From positions 82,646,001-82,710,000 of the forward strand of contig NC_087436.1 of the NCBI RefSeq assembly GCF_036321535.1: DNA of 64,000 nt, given 5' to 3'. Positions 22,591 to 35,254 of this stretch are shown here, one piece after another. The stretch's first letter is position 1, and each line of letters starts with the position of its first letter. The notes under the pieces were generated by a model. The model was not told the origin of the DNA and did not search any database. It saw only the letters and a program-made list of their open reading frames with translations. Made by a program: the position numbers and the translations under genes. This DNA is from Camelus dromedarius (Eukaryota).

Positions 22591-23809
22591 GGTTCATGTG
22601 GATTCTTAAACATACAGATCAAAAGAAGGACTGAGGATGTTAATTTCACAAGAAACTTAATGCATATCTAAGTGACATGTTACTTGTCTATGTAATAATT
22701 ACTGTTGTCAAAAGTGTTAGTGATTATTATGCTCCTGGTCATCAAATTCAGATATCCCAGAGTTGCCAAACACAGTTGATGTAACTGCTAAGACAGAAAT
22801 CCATTTTATCACTATCTTTTTTATTGTCCTTTGACGTGTTGGTGCATTTGATGAATTTTTTGTACATATAAATTATATTTAATTACATTTAAAGAAATAT
22901 AATATATGCATAATCCGGTTTGCCAAAATTACATACCTTATTAGCAAAGCAAAATAGCCATCAGGAAAAGAAAGAACAAATTGGGAGAAAATATGCTCCA
23001 CCATTTTTGTTTGTATACAGAACCAAGAGTATCTGCCTGGCATTTTACGGAATCTCAGATGTTTTGACACCATCACTTTTGATCTTATTAGATGTGTCAT
23101 CGAAGGTTTTCACACATCTCTATCAGGATTGCCACTGGTCTGTCACTGACAGTAAGATACACCTTGAAAGACTTTAACTTTCAGATTGACCTACTCTTTT
23201 CCCAACCAATCTTTTTCCCTCCACAAAGAGTTGACTCTTGGAACCCTTTCATTGGCCCATGGAGCAGTGTAGAAAGGAAGTCCCAAGTAGGAAAACTTGG
23301 AGAACTGAAGCCTGTAATCTATTCTAAGCATTATTTAGGGTTGGCAAAGAAAAAATGAGAGATATGGTGTACTCAGTGTTATTCATGTTTATTCTACTAG
23401 CAATTTTCCCCAAGATCAGAACATCCTGAGGTGTCCAGATTTGAAAAGAATCAATTTCTGTAGCAGACTGATATCAATCTTTTTCAAATAACTAAGTTGT
23501 AGCATTGTAAATTTCTAAACTGTCTCCAAATAGCCAGATGCAATTTTCAAATGGTCTCACAAATAGGAACAAATGAAATAAATTTTAAAATCCACTCCCA
23601 AACCTCAAAACAAAGAATTAGTTTAACTACCACTATGGAGAAGAGATAGGAATGTTTTTTAAAAACTCAAAAAATTCCGATATAAGAAAATTACAAGCAC
23701 TTGTTTACTTAAGATTAGAATGGTGAAATTACATTAGGAGCTCACAGTAGAGTTGTTCTTAATGATCATATTCAATACTAATTTTGTAAAAACAGAGTAT
23801 TCCTCTTAA

Positions 23810-24400
23810 AGACTTTTTATTATGAAATACACTTTCCTAAAAGTGTAAAACAAGTGAACAGCTTTAACAAACTTTACAAAGCAAAGGCATGTGTAGCCAC
23901 CATCCAAGTTACAAAACAATGCTGTGAACTTGCCAGGAGCCACTCCCACACCCCTTCCTTACCTCCATCCTCTCCCTGCTTTCAAGGCAAATCTCAGCCT
24001 GACCATGAAATCACTTCTTTGCTTTTCTTTTTGCTTTTACCACATAAACATGCATACTAAAATACTGTCATTTTAGTTTTGCCACTTTTTGAGCTTTATA
24101 TACATATACAATATGGTTTCTTTGATTTTTGTAATTCTTTAACTCAACATTATGTTTTTCATTATGCCTGTTGCTATATTTTTTTCATTTTCATTGATGT
24201 ACATTTTTTATTATATAAAATATATGACAATTTGTTTATCTATTCTACAGTTGATGGACACTCTTGTTGTTTCCACTTTTTGGCTACTGTGGAAAATGTT
24301 GCTGCGAACATTTTTGTCAATGTCTTGTGGTGCACAGTTGCATACATTTCTCACGGGTGTATACCTAGGAATGGAATTGCTGGATTACACATTTGCATAC
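23810..24400 (-). mobile_element. L1ME/MC 3' region
   Basis: CTACAGTTGATGGACACTCTTGTTGTTTCCACTTTTTGGCT...ATACCTAGGAATGGAATTGCTGG. Confidence 0.8.
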
Positions 24401-24574
24401 ATTTAGCATCCTGTCTGACCATCATTTCTTTTTAAAAGGTTTCTTTGGTCTTACTTTTTTCTATACCATGCTGAGGTAAATGCCTCTCTTCTGTGCTCCC
24501 GTGGCATCCCATATATACTGGTATCAATCCTCTTGTCACAGAAAATGAAAGAATTGCCAACTTTCACTCTAAAT

Positions 24575-24762
24575 CTGTGCTACCCCATATGGTAGTCACT
24601 AGCCAGGTGTAGCTGTTTCAGTTTAAATTAACTAAAATTAAGCACTCAGTTTCACAGTTCGCCTGGCCATATTTTAAGACACAATGACAAATGACTACTG
24701 GCTACCACATTGAACCATCCGAATACAGAATATTTCCATGATCCCAGAAAAGAGCTGCTCTA
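24575..24762 (-). mobile_element. MER3/MER33-type hAT-Charlie element
   Basis: ATGGTAGTCACTAGCCAGGTGTAGCT...TGGCTACCACATTG...CAGAATATTTCCATGATCCCAGAAAAG. Confidence 0.7.
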
Positions 24763-25239
24763 GAATGTGAACCCAGGCTATGACTTGCTCATCCTTCATC
24801 ATCATGCCCACCACAGTGCCTGTCACAGCAGACTCTTCACAAATGTTTCTTGAGCTGGACTGCCACCAAAGAGGTTTACTGTCCAGTGGTAAAAGGAGAA
24901 AGTACAACAGGGTGCTAAATGAGAATACTACAATTGGGGCCAATAAAACAGTTTCCTAGTATCCTAAAGATGTGAGGGAGAAGATCATCTTTGCAAGGCA
25001 AACCTGGAGACTGTGAAAAAAAAGTATTATAGATCACTCACTCCCAGCTTATAAAGGGGAGAAGGTGGAGGAGAGAGGGAGGAGGAGAGGAAAGGAAATT
25101 TCTCTGGAGAGGGTTGCAGTATGCTTGTATTACACTACTCCCTATTCACAATGGACAAGGGATAAGTGAGAAAGGTATTAAGGAAACAGTTCAAGGAACT
25201 TGCATGTGTCCCCTGGAGGTGGGGGAACCAAAAGTCTTC

Positions 25240-25410
25240 AAAAGTATACATTTTGGAATCCCTGCTCCATCATTTGCTTGCCATGTGACCTTGGGTGAGC
25301 TACATAACCTCCTAAAGTTTCAGTTTCTTCCTTTGTAATTTTGAATAATGACAGTACCTATTTCATAGGGTTAATGTAAGAATTAAATGAGAAAATCAAT
25401 GCAAGGTACC
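25240..25410 (+). mobile_element. MIR SINE
   Basis: TGTGACCTTGGGTGAGCTACATAACCTC...CAGTTTCTTCCTTTGTAA...ATAATGACAGTACCTATTTCATAGGG. Confidence 0.8.
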
Positions 25411-26708
25411 AATGAGAGTAATTCACTTTTACTCGAGCTAGATCTGCTGGTTGGCAAGTTCATTTTGCTGTGAATCTGAATGTTTTCTTGAGCTCAGCAG
25501 CTTTTAGCAGGCAGGCAGGAAATCTAGCTGTCCACCAAACATGTGTGCTCTTTGTTCTACAACGTGGAGAGTTGTCTCTGGGAGGCACCGCTCAGCTCAG
25601 GACTGCACCCTGTCCTCCTTGCATTCGGACATGGCTGCATCACAAGTTATCACAGTGACGTGTGTAGGAGGGACACGTAATACTTCTAAGCAGGTTTTCC
25701 TTTTTCCTTTCTTGATACGTTTCATGTTACCCACTGCTGTTTTGCTGTAGATAGCAGTTATTAACTATTTTTAGTTCACGACATGCTATGATTTTGTTTT
25801 CCCCTTTTAGCTTCAGTCCCCAGACTCTTTCTCTTCTCCCCTCTCCACATGCCATAGGCAGCTCAACTCTCTTATTTTGGAGACACATGTGTCACCTACA
25901 AAACTCTATTGTGTTGGGTGTGTGTTTTAAATTCATGCAAATAACATGCACAAGTGCCACAAGTCTTATGAAATACAGAGGTGTGGACTAAGGAATTGTA
26001 TTATGTATTATAGCCTATTAGTTTTTTAAGATGTGAGGTTATGTTGTGCTAATAATTTGCATGTGTTTTTCTATTGGAAGACTCTAAAATAGAGAGACCT
26101 ATGTCTGTCACCAGTGCCTGGAACAGTTTCTAATCCAAAGAAGACACAAAAAATCAATTGCTGAATAAGTCTTTGAATAAATATATAATTATAATTATTA
26201 ACTTAATTTTTTCCTAGAAAATAACCATATTTTATCTAAATTATGTGTGTTTTAAAATAAAACTGAGACACTAATTCACAAGAATATTGCCTAGTGAAGG
26301 ATGCTGCTTTGTTTGATGTGTCATTTACCCACTTAAATTCAAAGCTTTAATATCAATGAATAAGGAAGGAATTATAATTGTACTTGACCTTTAATTACAT
26401 TTCTGTGTCTTATCAGATGCATCTTATTGAATGTTCATTATTGTGTTGAGTTTGTCAAGGTCAATGAATATAATTCATAGACAATAAAAATGAATATCTC
26501 CATCTGCATTTCATATACTTAAGTTGTATAGACTCAATTCTTAAATAATGCTTCTAATGATCACAGTTTTGCAATTTTTATAAAATTACCCTTTAATTAT
26601 AAAGAATCCAGGATTCATACTGATATCATGAAAAAAAATAGATCCTCTAGACAGTAAAACATTTGATAGTTCTATGGTACTGGAGGCCTGATTAAGTATT
26701 AGACACAA

Positions 26709-27502
26709 ATTTTTTTCAACTTTTTTTTATTGAGTATAGTCATTTTACAATGTTGTGTCAAATTCCAGGGTAGAGCACAATTTTTCAGTTATACATGAAC
26801 ATATATATATTCATTGTCACATTTTTTTTCGCTGTGAGCTACCACAAGATCTTGCATATATTTCCCTGTGCTGTACAGTATAATCTTGCTTATCTATTCT
26901 GCATATGCCTGTCAGTATCTACAAATTTTGAACTCCCAGTCTGTCCCTTCCCACCCCTCTCCCCCTGGCATCCACAAGCTTGTATTCTATGTCTATGAGT
27001 CTGTTTCTGTTTTATATTTATGTTCTTTTTTTTTTAGATTCCACATATGAACGATCTCATATGGTATTTTTCTTTCTCTTTCTGGCTTACTTCACTTAGA
27101 ATGNNNNNNNNNNNNNNNNNNNNNNNNNNNNNNNNNNNNNNNNNNNNNNNNNNNNNNNNNNNNNNNNNNNNNNNNNNNNNNNNNNNNNNNNNNNNNNNNN
27201 NNNNNNNNNNNNNNNNNNNNNNNNNNNNNNNNNNNNNNNNNNNNNNNNNNNNNNNNNNNNNNNNNNNNNNNNNNNNNNNNGTGCAGGTGTCTTTTTGAAG
27301 TAGGGTTCCTTCTGGATTTATGCCCAGGAGTGGGATAACTGGGTCATATGGTAAGTCTATCCCTAGTCTTTTGAGGACTCTCCATACTGTTTTCCACAGT
27401 GGCTACACCAAACTGCATTCCCAGCAGCAGTGTAGGAGGGTTCCCTTTTCTCCAAAGCCTCTCCAGCATTTGTCATTTGTGGACTTTTGAATGATGGCCA
27501 TT
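26709..27502 (-). mobile_element. Young lineage-specific L1, 5'-truncated 3' end
   Basis: T-tail, then TTATTGAGTATAGTCATTTTACAATGTTGTG...TTTTTAGATTCCACATATG...GATGGCCATT; low apparent divergence; N-run 27104-27280 inside. Confidence 0.9.
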
Positions 27503-27519
27503 AGAATGGCCATCATTGT

Positions 27520-28430
27520 TCTCTCACTTTTGATAGCCTCTTCAGAGCTCCTGTTGTCTGTAATTTGGATCTTCTTTGGTCATCTTCAGTATGTCACTTG
27601 TTACCAAATGTTTTCTCTCTTCCTTCATTTCTTTTAAATTTAAAATATTTTCTTCTTTTATTCCCTTTTAGTTCTCTTAAGGATTTTTCTGTTCTATTTA
27701 CTCCCTCTTGTGTTCTTTAGTTTAGTCTTTTTTCAGATTTTTTTTCTTTTATTTCAAGTTTTTTCCCCCTAATGTCTAATACTTCATTTCTGAGTTATTC
27801 TAATTTTTATTTATGTTGTTTTTTACTTATTGTGCTGTTTTCTTAATGTCTTTTTGCTATTTTTTAAATAGAATGTTATGGTTTGATATATTCTTGACAT
27901 GCTTTCATTGTTTATAAGGTTGTTTCTCTGCTCTTACTTAAACTTCATCGCTTTTTGCCATTTTTTAAATATGAAATTGGTTTTCCTGAACTTTTGGAAG
28001 AAGGCATAGCTCAGGGTAGCTTTCACCCTCTTCTGTTGTTTTCATGTTGTATCTTTTAAAAAGGCAGCTTGTTTTCTAAGATTTGCTGGATCTGTTCCCC
28101 TCTCCCACACTTAGTTGTGCTTCTCAACTGTACCTATTTTGTGCAACTTTTATTCCACTCCCAGTGGTTTTTCCATATATGCGTCTGTCCTGGAAGACAG
28201 CTATAGAGAGTTCTCTGTTTTGAGAATCCTTAGGAGCTAGACTGGTCCAGATCCTTCAGATTTTATTATGTGCCATTGGCACCTACCAGCAATAGTTATT
28301 GACTATGTTGGAGTTCGCCTATTTTCGTGTCCATCAGATGCCCTGCTGTCTCCCCTCTGCTTAGTCCTGCACAGATGATGTAGGTATTGTGGCAGTTGGT
28401 GGTTTGTCCTCAGCCACTTTGTTTGGACTT
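27520..28430 (-). mobile_element. Old L1M/HAL1-like fragment
   Basis: Very T-rich degenerate sequence resembling an antisense old LINE ORF1/5' region; family uncertain. Confidence 0.35.
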
Positions 28431-28448
28431 TGTGGGTACAACCTGTCA

Positions 28449-28870
28449 TGTAGTGTGGTTACCAATCTCCAAAATGGCCTCAACATTTCCTTTGCTCCCT
28501 GTACATGTTCATTCTGTTCCGCACATCAAAAGGTAGAGACTATTTCTCCTTCTGAATCTGGAATGGCCCTGTGATTGATTTGACCAATAGAATGTGGAGA
28601 AAGTGACATTTGGGACAGCTTTTGGACTCCAGCCACCATGTGAGAAGGCCAAGCCACAAGGAGAGGCCATGGGAAGGTGAACTGAAGTGCTCAGAGTAAC
28701 AGTTCCAGCGGGGCTTCCAGGCAGCAACCACAGGAGAGTAATATTGAGTATTCTGTTCCAGTTGAGTCCCCAGGAAACTGCAGTCCCAGGTGTAGGAGAT
28801 AATAAAATGGTTGTTGTCTTAAGATACAAAGTATTGAAGTGGTATTTAATGCAGCAATAGGACTGAAACA
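28449..28870 (+). mobile_element. MLT1 (MaLR) solo LTR
   Basis: CAAAATGGCCTC...TGACCAATAGAATGTGG...AGCCACCATGTGAGAAGGCCAAGCC...GCAGCAATAGGACTGAAACA. Confidence 0.8.
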
Positions 28871-29389
28871 TTTAGTTTTGTTCTAAATGTTGTCCATAGT
28901 TTTTAGTTTTGTTATCTAGTTTCTCTGTTTTTAAGTGGGGATTTAGAAAGTTTCTAAAACAATGTCCTGTAACACCCTTTGCCAAAATCTTCCCAGAATC
29001 TGCTCTGACAAGATTATAAGGTTCTCCTAGGATAGACCTCAGTCAAGACCTATGAAACCACCAGGGAGTGTAATTCAGGACCAGAACGGAACATAGGAAA
29101 TTTATAGCTTCCTCATATGAACTTTGGTCTTTTAATCGATCCTGTATGAAAATAGACTCTCCTCTCCTCATTTTCTGTCCCCAACCTCATTGCAGTTCAC
29201 AGGGAAAAAGTCAAGAATCCATGTATTTGATGTTAGTTTCCTGGATAATGTTGGGCATCCCAGTTCTCCAGAATAAGGTTGGTAGGAGCATCAACTAAAA
29301 TTTCCAACAAGCATAACACTTTCAGAAAAATTGAAGTGAATCATGTGGGTACTGCAGGCAAGCCAATAATTTGGCCCATTTTAAAGCCA

Positions 29390-29515
29390 TTTCATTCAGT
29401 CGTTCATAAAAGTGTTTACTGAGTATTTATAATGACCCAGAAACCTAGGTATTAGGGCAATATACACCAGTAAACAAAGCAAACATTCCCCACTCTTGAG
29501 GAAGTTAAATTCAGG
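29390..29515 (-). mobile_element. L2 3' end fragment
   Basis: TTCATTCAGTCGTTCATAAAAGTGTTTACTGAG. Confidence 0.55.
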
Positions 29516-29744
29516 CGACTTATATTCTTTAAATATTTGTTCAGTAGTCTTTCTACTGTGACTTGAATGCACTCCTTGTGAGGTGCCACCTCACTTCCTG
29601 CTTTCTGCACAACCTTCAGTACACTCCTGGAAGAATCCTGATAAATACTATTTTATTCATTTCATTACATGTTTTGGGATGGCAGAGAGTCCTTTGGAAA
29701 TTGCTTTCTCTGGATGCTACCCAACTAGCCTTCCTTTTAATCCA

Positions 29745-29814
29745 TTTTTTTTTTTCAGTTGAAGTATAGTTGCTTTACAATGTTGTGTGGTTTTTTTTTT
29801 TTTTAATTGAAGTG
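29745..29814 (-). mobile_element. Very short double L1-tail insertion with 7-bp TSD
   Basis: TAATCCA at 29738-29744 and 29815-29821 flanks Tn-CAGTTGAAGTATAGTTGCTTTACAATGTTGTG-Tn-AATTGAAGTG. Confidence 0.65.
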
Positions 29815-30451
29815 TAATCCAGTTCTGATTTTAGAATCACCAGAGTCAAAACCAAAATGTGGCAGGCAGTTGGGGGAATAACGAAGTGCTGGATTTAAAT
29901 TGTTTTCAATTAAAAACAAAAGTTACTTAGGTGGTGCTTTAATGCTTCCAATCACCACAGACTTCTGTAAGGGGATACTTTGTTAGATTAGGAATAATTC
30001 TGGACCTTCGTGCATGCATGGTGGTAGGGAGATGAGAGGAAAAGGAGATGAGTAGTAGAGGTTGTTAAAAGATGAAAAAGGCAAGAATAAGGGCCCATCT
30101 TCTCAACACCAACAATTTAGGCAAATCCAGTATTTTAGTAGGTCCTTCATGTACAACCTGGAAATGTACATTAACAGGAAACTTTCTACCCACTCCTTGA
30201 CTCTCCTTTTCCCATCCTTGTGTCTGCTGGGATCTGCCAGTGGGTGGAAGACATTGTCATTGTTTATAATGCTCANNNNNNNNNNNNNNNNNNNNNNNNN
30301 NNNNNNNNNNNNNNNNNNNNNNNNNNNNNNNNNNNNNNNNNNNNNNNNNNNNNNNNNNNNNNNNNNNNNNNNNNNNNNNNNNNNNNNNNNNNNNNNNNNN
30401 NNNNNNNGGCTGGAGGAAGTGTGGGTGTACTGGAGTCCCGGTGACACCTTG

Positions 30452-30512
30452 TGATGTCAGTCACCCTCAGCCCCCAGTTGATTGGCTATGAAGAGCTGAA
30501 GCAGAGTTTAAA
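30452..30512 (+). promoter_or_regulatory. DMP1: DMP1 core promoter: CRE-like TGATGTCA (30452-30459), inverted CCAAT (30481-30485), TATA-like TTTAAA (30507-30512)
   Basis: Motifs seen directly upstream of DMP1 exon 1; function inferred from position. Confidence 0.65.
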
Positions 30513-30546
30513 TTCCTGCACCATCAGAGAAGTGTTCAGAGCATCA

Positions 30547-30641
30547 ATGCAAGAGTGGCTTCATTGTCACAGATTTCCTCTGTGAGCACCTCAGCCTGAT
30601 TGTGGTGACTTTTGGGGGAAAGTCTTTGTGAATTGAAGAGG
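30547..30641 (+). other. DMP1: DMP1 exon 1 (non-coding); start approximate
   Basis: AGAGTGGCTTCATTG..AGATTTCCTC...CTTTGTGAA..GAGG resembles the recalled human DMP1 5' UTR; donor AGG|GTAAGA at 30641/30642. Confidence 0.8.
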
Positions 30642-33002
30642 GTAAGACATTTTCATTGTTTAAATTTTTTAAAAAATGACTTCTGCTGTGTTGATTGGAA
30701 AATATTAACTATGTGTTCATGTTGAGAGGCATCATGCTGCTCAGAGAAGGATGGGGAGAGCTGTACCTTGGGTAAAAATGGTTCCATTTTGTGCCTGTTG
30801 TTTATGCCACAGTAAATGATGTTAAAATGACATGTTAAGTCTACAGAGCCAGGTGTTCTTCTCAGTAAAACTTTAATTAGATTGCTGCATACTTCTAAAA
30901 GGGAAAGTTTACCAAACAGGAGGCAGATGGAATGTCATTTTGGAATTTAGCTTTAATTAGCAGAACAAATAAAGCTTTTACATTTAGGTTTAATGGATAT
31001 AGCTACATCCAGGGCCTACAAGACATTATAAAAGAATCTAAGCTAAGTTGGCAGGACTTTCAAAATACAGGCTTTTAAATTAAAAATTATTGAATGCTAT
31101 TCATCCAGACAGGATCCAATAATATTCACTGTGAACTGAGTAACAGAAAGGAGATGCTAAGACCACTGAAATAAACCAAGAGTGTGATTAATATATTGCT
31201 TTCTTAATGTTTAGCTGGGTATTCATTTTAGCATGATGCCTTGCATACAGTCAGAATTCAATAAATGTTAAATATAATCACCTTTTAAAACAGTTCCTAA
31301 TGTAGAAGACTTGGAAGGATATATCCTCCTGTCCATATTTTTACTTGCTGTATGCATTCCATTTGTTCATCTATATAAGAAGTGTCTGTCTGCCACAAAA
31401 AAGAGTGTGGGAACTGTGGTCAGGCAATGCTTTCTGTATGATGTCTAGAAGATCTCACGTGTAGTAAGTAGGAACACTTGAAGCAACTTGTCTGCCCCAG
31501 GAGCTATAATTTCTGGTGAACCATACTTGCTGTTTAACTGAGGGCCAAGTAGACTATCCCACTTTGATCTGGTTGGATTAAATGTGTAAACAAATAATTT
31601 TCTAATGGGCTTTAGTCCATTTACCAGCCCCAGAATGGTGATGTAGACCAACGTGCTCAGATGCTGAAAGGCCTTCCACATCATATTTAATTGGGGGATG
31701 CCTAGGAGTTATTTTACTCTGGTTGAAAGCATGTGACATGGGATTGATTATAACTGACTTCGAGATAATTACAAATGAAATGACTAGAAATTTTTATCAA
31801 TTTGTTTGGTTTTCTGAATTCCTGATCGAATTCATGTCCTGGCCAAATTCTACTTTATTTTCAAAGAATGATAATAAAACAAATTCTAGCTAATGGAGGC
31901 TCTGGTTAGCTGGGTTCTGGGTAATTTTACTTTTGTAAGACCAGCTTATTATCATTATTACACACTGCTCTCCCCTCCAGCACCTAGAACAGTGCCTGGC
32001 ACATGGATGTTCTCAATAGATATTTATTGATTGCTAATAAATGGATATATTGTTTGTTAGTATTATTAAGGACAACACTAAGTCAAATAGAAGCAAATTA
32101 AGCAAGCTAAATTGAGCCAGTGAGTTTTAAAGTTTTTATTTCCTTCTTTTAGCCCACCTCTTTCATTTTAGTCTATGTAAAAGAAGATATATATTTTGCA
32201 AGTGAATATTAACATGGAGGAAATTCCAGGACAAGTTTCCTGACTTGAGAGCACAAAAAAGTTCGGGCTACACTTGAGAGTAGCCAGAGAGAGGAGGGAC
32301 TTGCAATTCTCTTCTGCAGATCCTAAACATTTTGGATCTTTTCAACTCTGGGAAAACAATTCATAAAGGTTGAAAGCCTCTGATGCACACACTACCATCC
32401 AAACAGGTGGAACTCAAATTGAGCTTGTTGATTTCCATTTGTCGCATGTTCTTATAGTAAAATGACAGCCAGTGCAGAGTAGAAATGGCATTTACCAATC
32501 ACTGGAGAAGAACCTGGGGTCCTGGACTCATCTTTCAGGCTTGTAGCTATTTTGCTAACTTGTCGCTCAGACTTACGCTACTGCATAACTGCTTCTGCTC
32601 TTTTGGGGGTGGTAGGTAAGAAGTCTATAAAAGTTTGGGGCTCTTGTTTGGAATATACTTCACAAAAGTATAATTAGTCAAAATACTAATTGAAAATCTA
32701 GCGTAGGATTTACGATCTGACTTTCTTTAATGCTTGATGGTCGACTAAATTCTACGGGAGGCGACATCAGCTCTCTCAGGACCCCAACATGCATTTCATT
32801 GTAGTTTACCAGACTTCCGTTTGGTAAAGTATGCCTTTGAATCAGGGTGCTACATGGCATTTCTAGAAGCACGAGCAAGTTACTACATTTTCCTTATGTT
32901 TCATAATATTCCATCCCTGAGAAACTGGAACATTGGAAGCACTCACTTCTTTTATAAAACAGAAAAACCATGACATTCATTGGTGTAGAGCATCTCTTCA
33001 TT

Positions 33003-33023
33003 TTGTTGTTGTTGTTGTTGTTG
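33003..33023. repeat. (TTG)7 microsatellite
   Basis: Seen directly. Confidence 0.9.
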
Positions 33024-33300
33024 CTTAGATAAAAGAGAAGCAAAAGACAATCCAAGAGAAGAACTCAATATTTGTTGGCCTTTTATCAAGGCTGGAATAT
33101 TTGCTGGTTTTCAGAGCACCATGAGATTATCACTCTATTCAAATTTCACTTTTAAAATTAAAATGATGAGCCACATAATTTTTATTTGACCCATGAAGCC
33201 AAAACCATTGGCGCACAGTTATTTTGAGAGTGTTGTATTTGGGAGAAACTTTCCATTTATTAAGAAATGAACCTGATAATTAAAAAAAAATTGTTTTGAT

Positions 33301-33844
33301 TGTGGGAACTAAAGGGGAGGAAAAATTTTCCTCTGTTCTCTTAGGGTCTCCAGCTGGGCTTAAGAATTAAACTGGCATAATACGGATTAATAGAAGAAAA
33401 ACATACAAGTTTTATTTTTAAATTTTACATGTACTTGGGCACCTTCACAAAAGATTGAGGATCTGAAGAGTGACCAGAGCAGGAAGCTTTTACACCTTTT
33501 AGACAAAGAAATAGCACATTTGTGAAGAATTGACAAGACAAAGGGATTTGGGCCAGGGCAGTAAATTGTGGAGAAGTGAGCAGGAAGATTGGGTTAGTTT
33601 AACAAGGATGGTTTACACAGATTTCTCTCAGCCTTGATTCTCCATCTCTGGCGATGAGAATGTCTTTCCCCTCCTGGTACAGGGAGAGTACCTTTCACAT
33701 GGGAGATTGATCTCCTGCTTCCAGGAAGAAAAGCAGGGATCAGAGCACCCTTCTTGCCTCTGCTGTTTCTCAAGTGCCTTCAGCACAAAATAATTTTTAT
33801 GTCAAAGAGGCATATTTTGGGATGAGATATTCTGGTTTCCTTCA
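33301..33844 (-). mobile_element. MER34-family ERV1 solo LTR (DMP1 intron 1)
   Basis: Antisense 5' end TGAAGGAAACCAGAATATCTCATCCCAAAATATGCCTCTTTGACATAAAAATTATTTTG matches the MER34-type start. Confidence 0.75.
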
Positions 33845-34239
33845 GAAGGAAAATCTGTTGAATTCAATTTGTCTTAGGGGCAGTTGTGAACACTTTCATG
33901 TGTTCACTCTGTTGATATTAGGCAAAAGGATTTGAAAAAGAAATAAAAATAGTATCAAAACATAAGGACCGAGATGAAGCATGCTGAATTAGAATATAGA
34001 AAATAACACAAACTAATAGCTATGTTGATGAGGAATAATGCTCAAGATATAGGATGAGAGGCTCTGTTGGACCATTTGAGCTGTATGAAGGTAGAAATGA
34101 GGAACATTCTCATTCTCCTTATCTTAGGATTTCTGTTGTTCTCTTGAACAAATTAAAAAATAAGATCAGATGACTTCTTGAACCCATTTCAGACCTTATT
34201 CAGCGTATTCAGACATTACTGAGCAACGTGCTCATTTCT

Positions 34240-34408
34240 TAGATCAGAGGTTAAAATCCCTTGGAGTACCTTAAAACAAACCCATGCCTGTTCCCACCCT
34301 CAGTGAATTGATTTATTACTCTGTGGTGGGATTTGTGCATTGGTATTGCTTTAAATCTCCCCAGGTGATACTAATATACAGCCAAGGTTGGGACTCTCCG
34401 GCTTAGAT
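34240..34408. mobile_element. MER5-type hAT-Charlie element
   Basis: TTTAAATCTCCCCAGGTGATACTAATATACAGCCAAGGTTGGGA. Confidence 0.65.
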
Positions 34409-34971
34409 TTTTTGTCACTTGTATAGTATATTTTTAACTTTTAAATACACAAATCAACAAAAATGAAGCCTGAAATCAACCTGCAGGATTTTTTACACAG
34501 TGCATGCAAGTCCACCGACAAGTCTGTTAGGGCAGCCCCAGGGCTCACTAGTGCAGGGCAAAGTGTTTCCTTCTTAAATCATTTCAATAACTTTCTGCAT
34601 TAGCATCTAGGACATCTATTTTTAGATATAAAGCAAATTGTTATCCAAACCACCAGTTCTTGAAGTGTGAAATGAAGCCACCCTCCAGGAAAATGCAGTT
34701 TGATTTGGCAGGTTTCTCTCAGTGTGATTCACAAGTGTATCCCAAACCTCTAATCTTCCCTGGATCCTTAGTACTGTGAATGACACTTAAAAGAATTTAG
34801 CATAATCATGTATAATGTATGACTAAAAGTAGCACCATAGATATTAAAACTTTCTGGCGCTGGTAATATGAAGTCTGCCATAAGGCATCTCTTGCAGATA
34901 AAGAAAAAAAATGCAAAAGCAGTCTATTTTGTCTAGACGTTATTAGGAGGTTATAAATATGGAGAAGCTGT

Positions 34972-35013
34972 TGTGTGTGTGTGTGTGTGATTGTGTGTGT
35001 GTGTGTGTGTGTG
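34972..35013. repeat. Interrupted (TG)9-AT-(TG)11 microsatellite
   Basis: Seen directly in DMP1 intron 1. Confidence 0.95.
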
Positions 35014-35254
35014 AAAAAACAATTGCCCACCACCTATCAATGATATCAATAAATGCAGTTTTTGGTGAGAAGATATTTGCCAGTTTGTTCCGCCACCCTG
35101 GGCTGCATAATTATTATAAAAGTGAAAGGTCAGAAATTTCTTTATGTTGTTTTCTTTAGTTTTTCCTCCATTTATCCTGGTTTATGTTTTAGTGAAGATG
35201 TGTTTATAGAGCTCCTCCTTGAAAAGTTTTCAATTTATCTCTTAGGAATGAGTT

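Noticed and set aside
32305-32375. Possible cryptic exon in DMP1 intron 1 (CTTCTGCAG|...AAG|GTTGAA)
   Set aside because: Weak donor and no supporting evidence.
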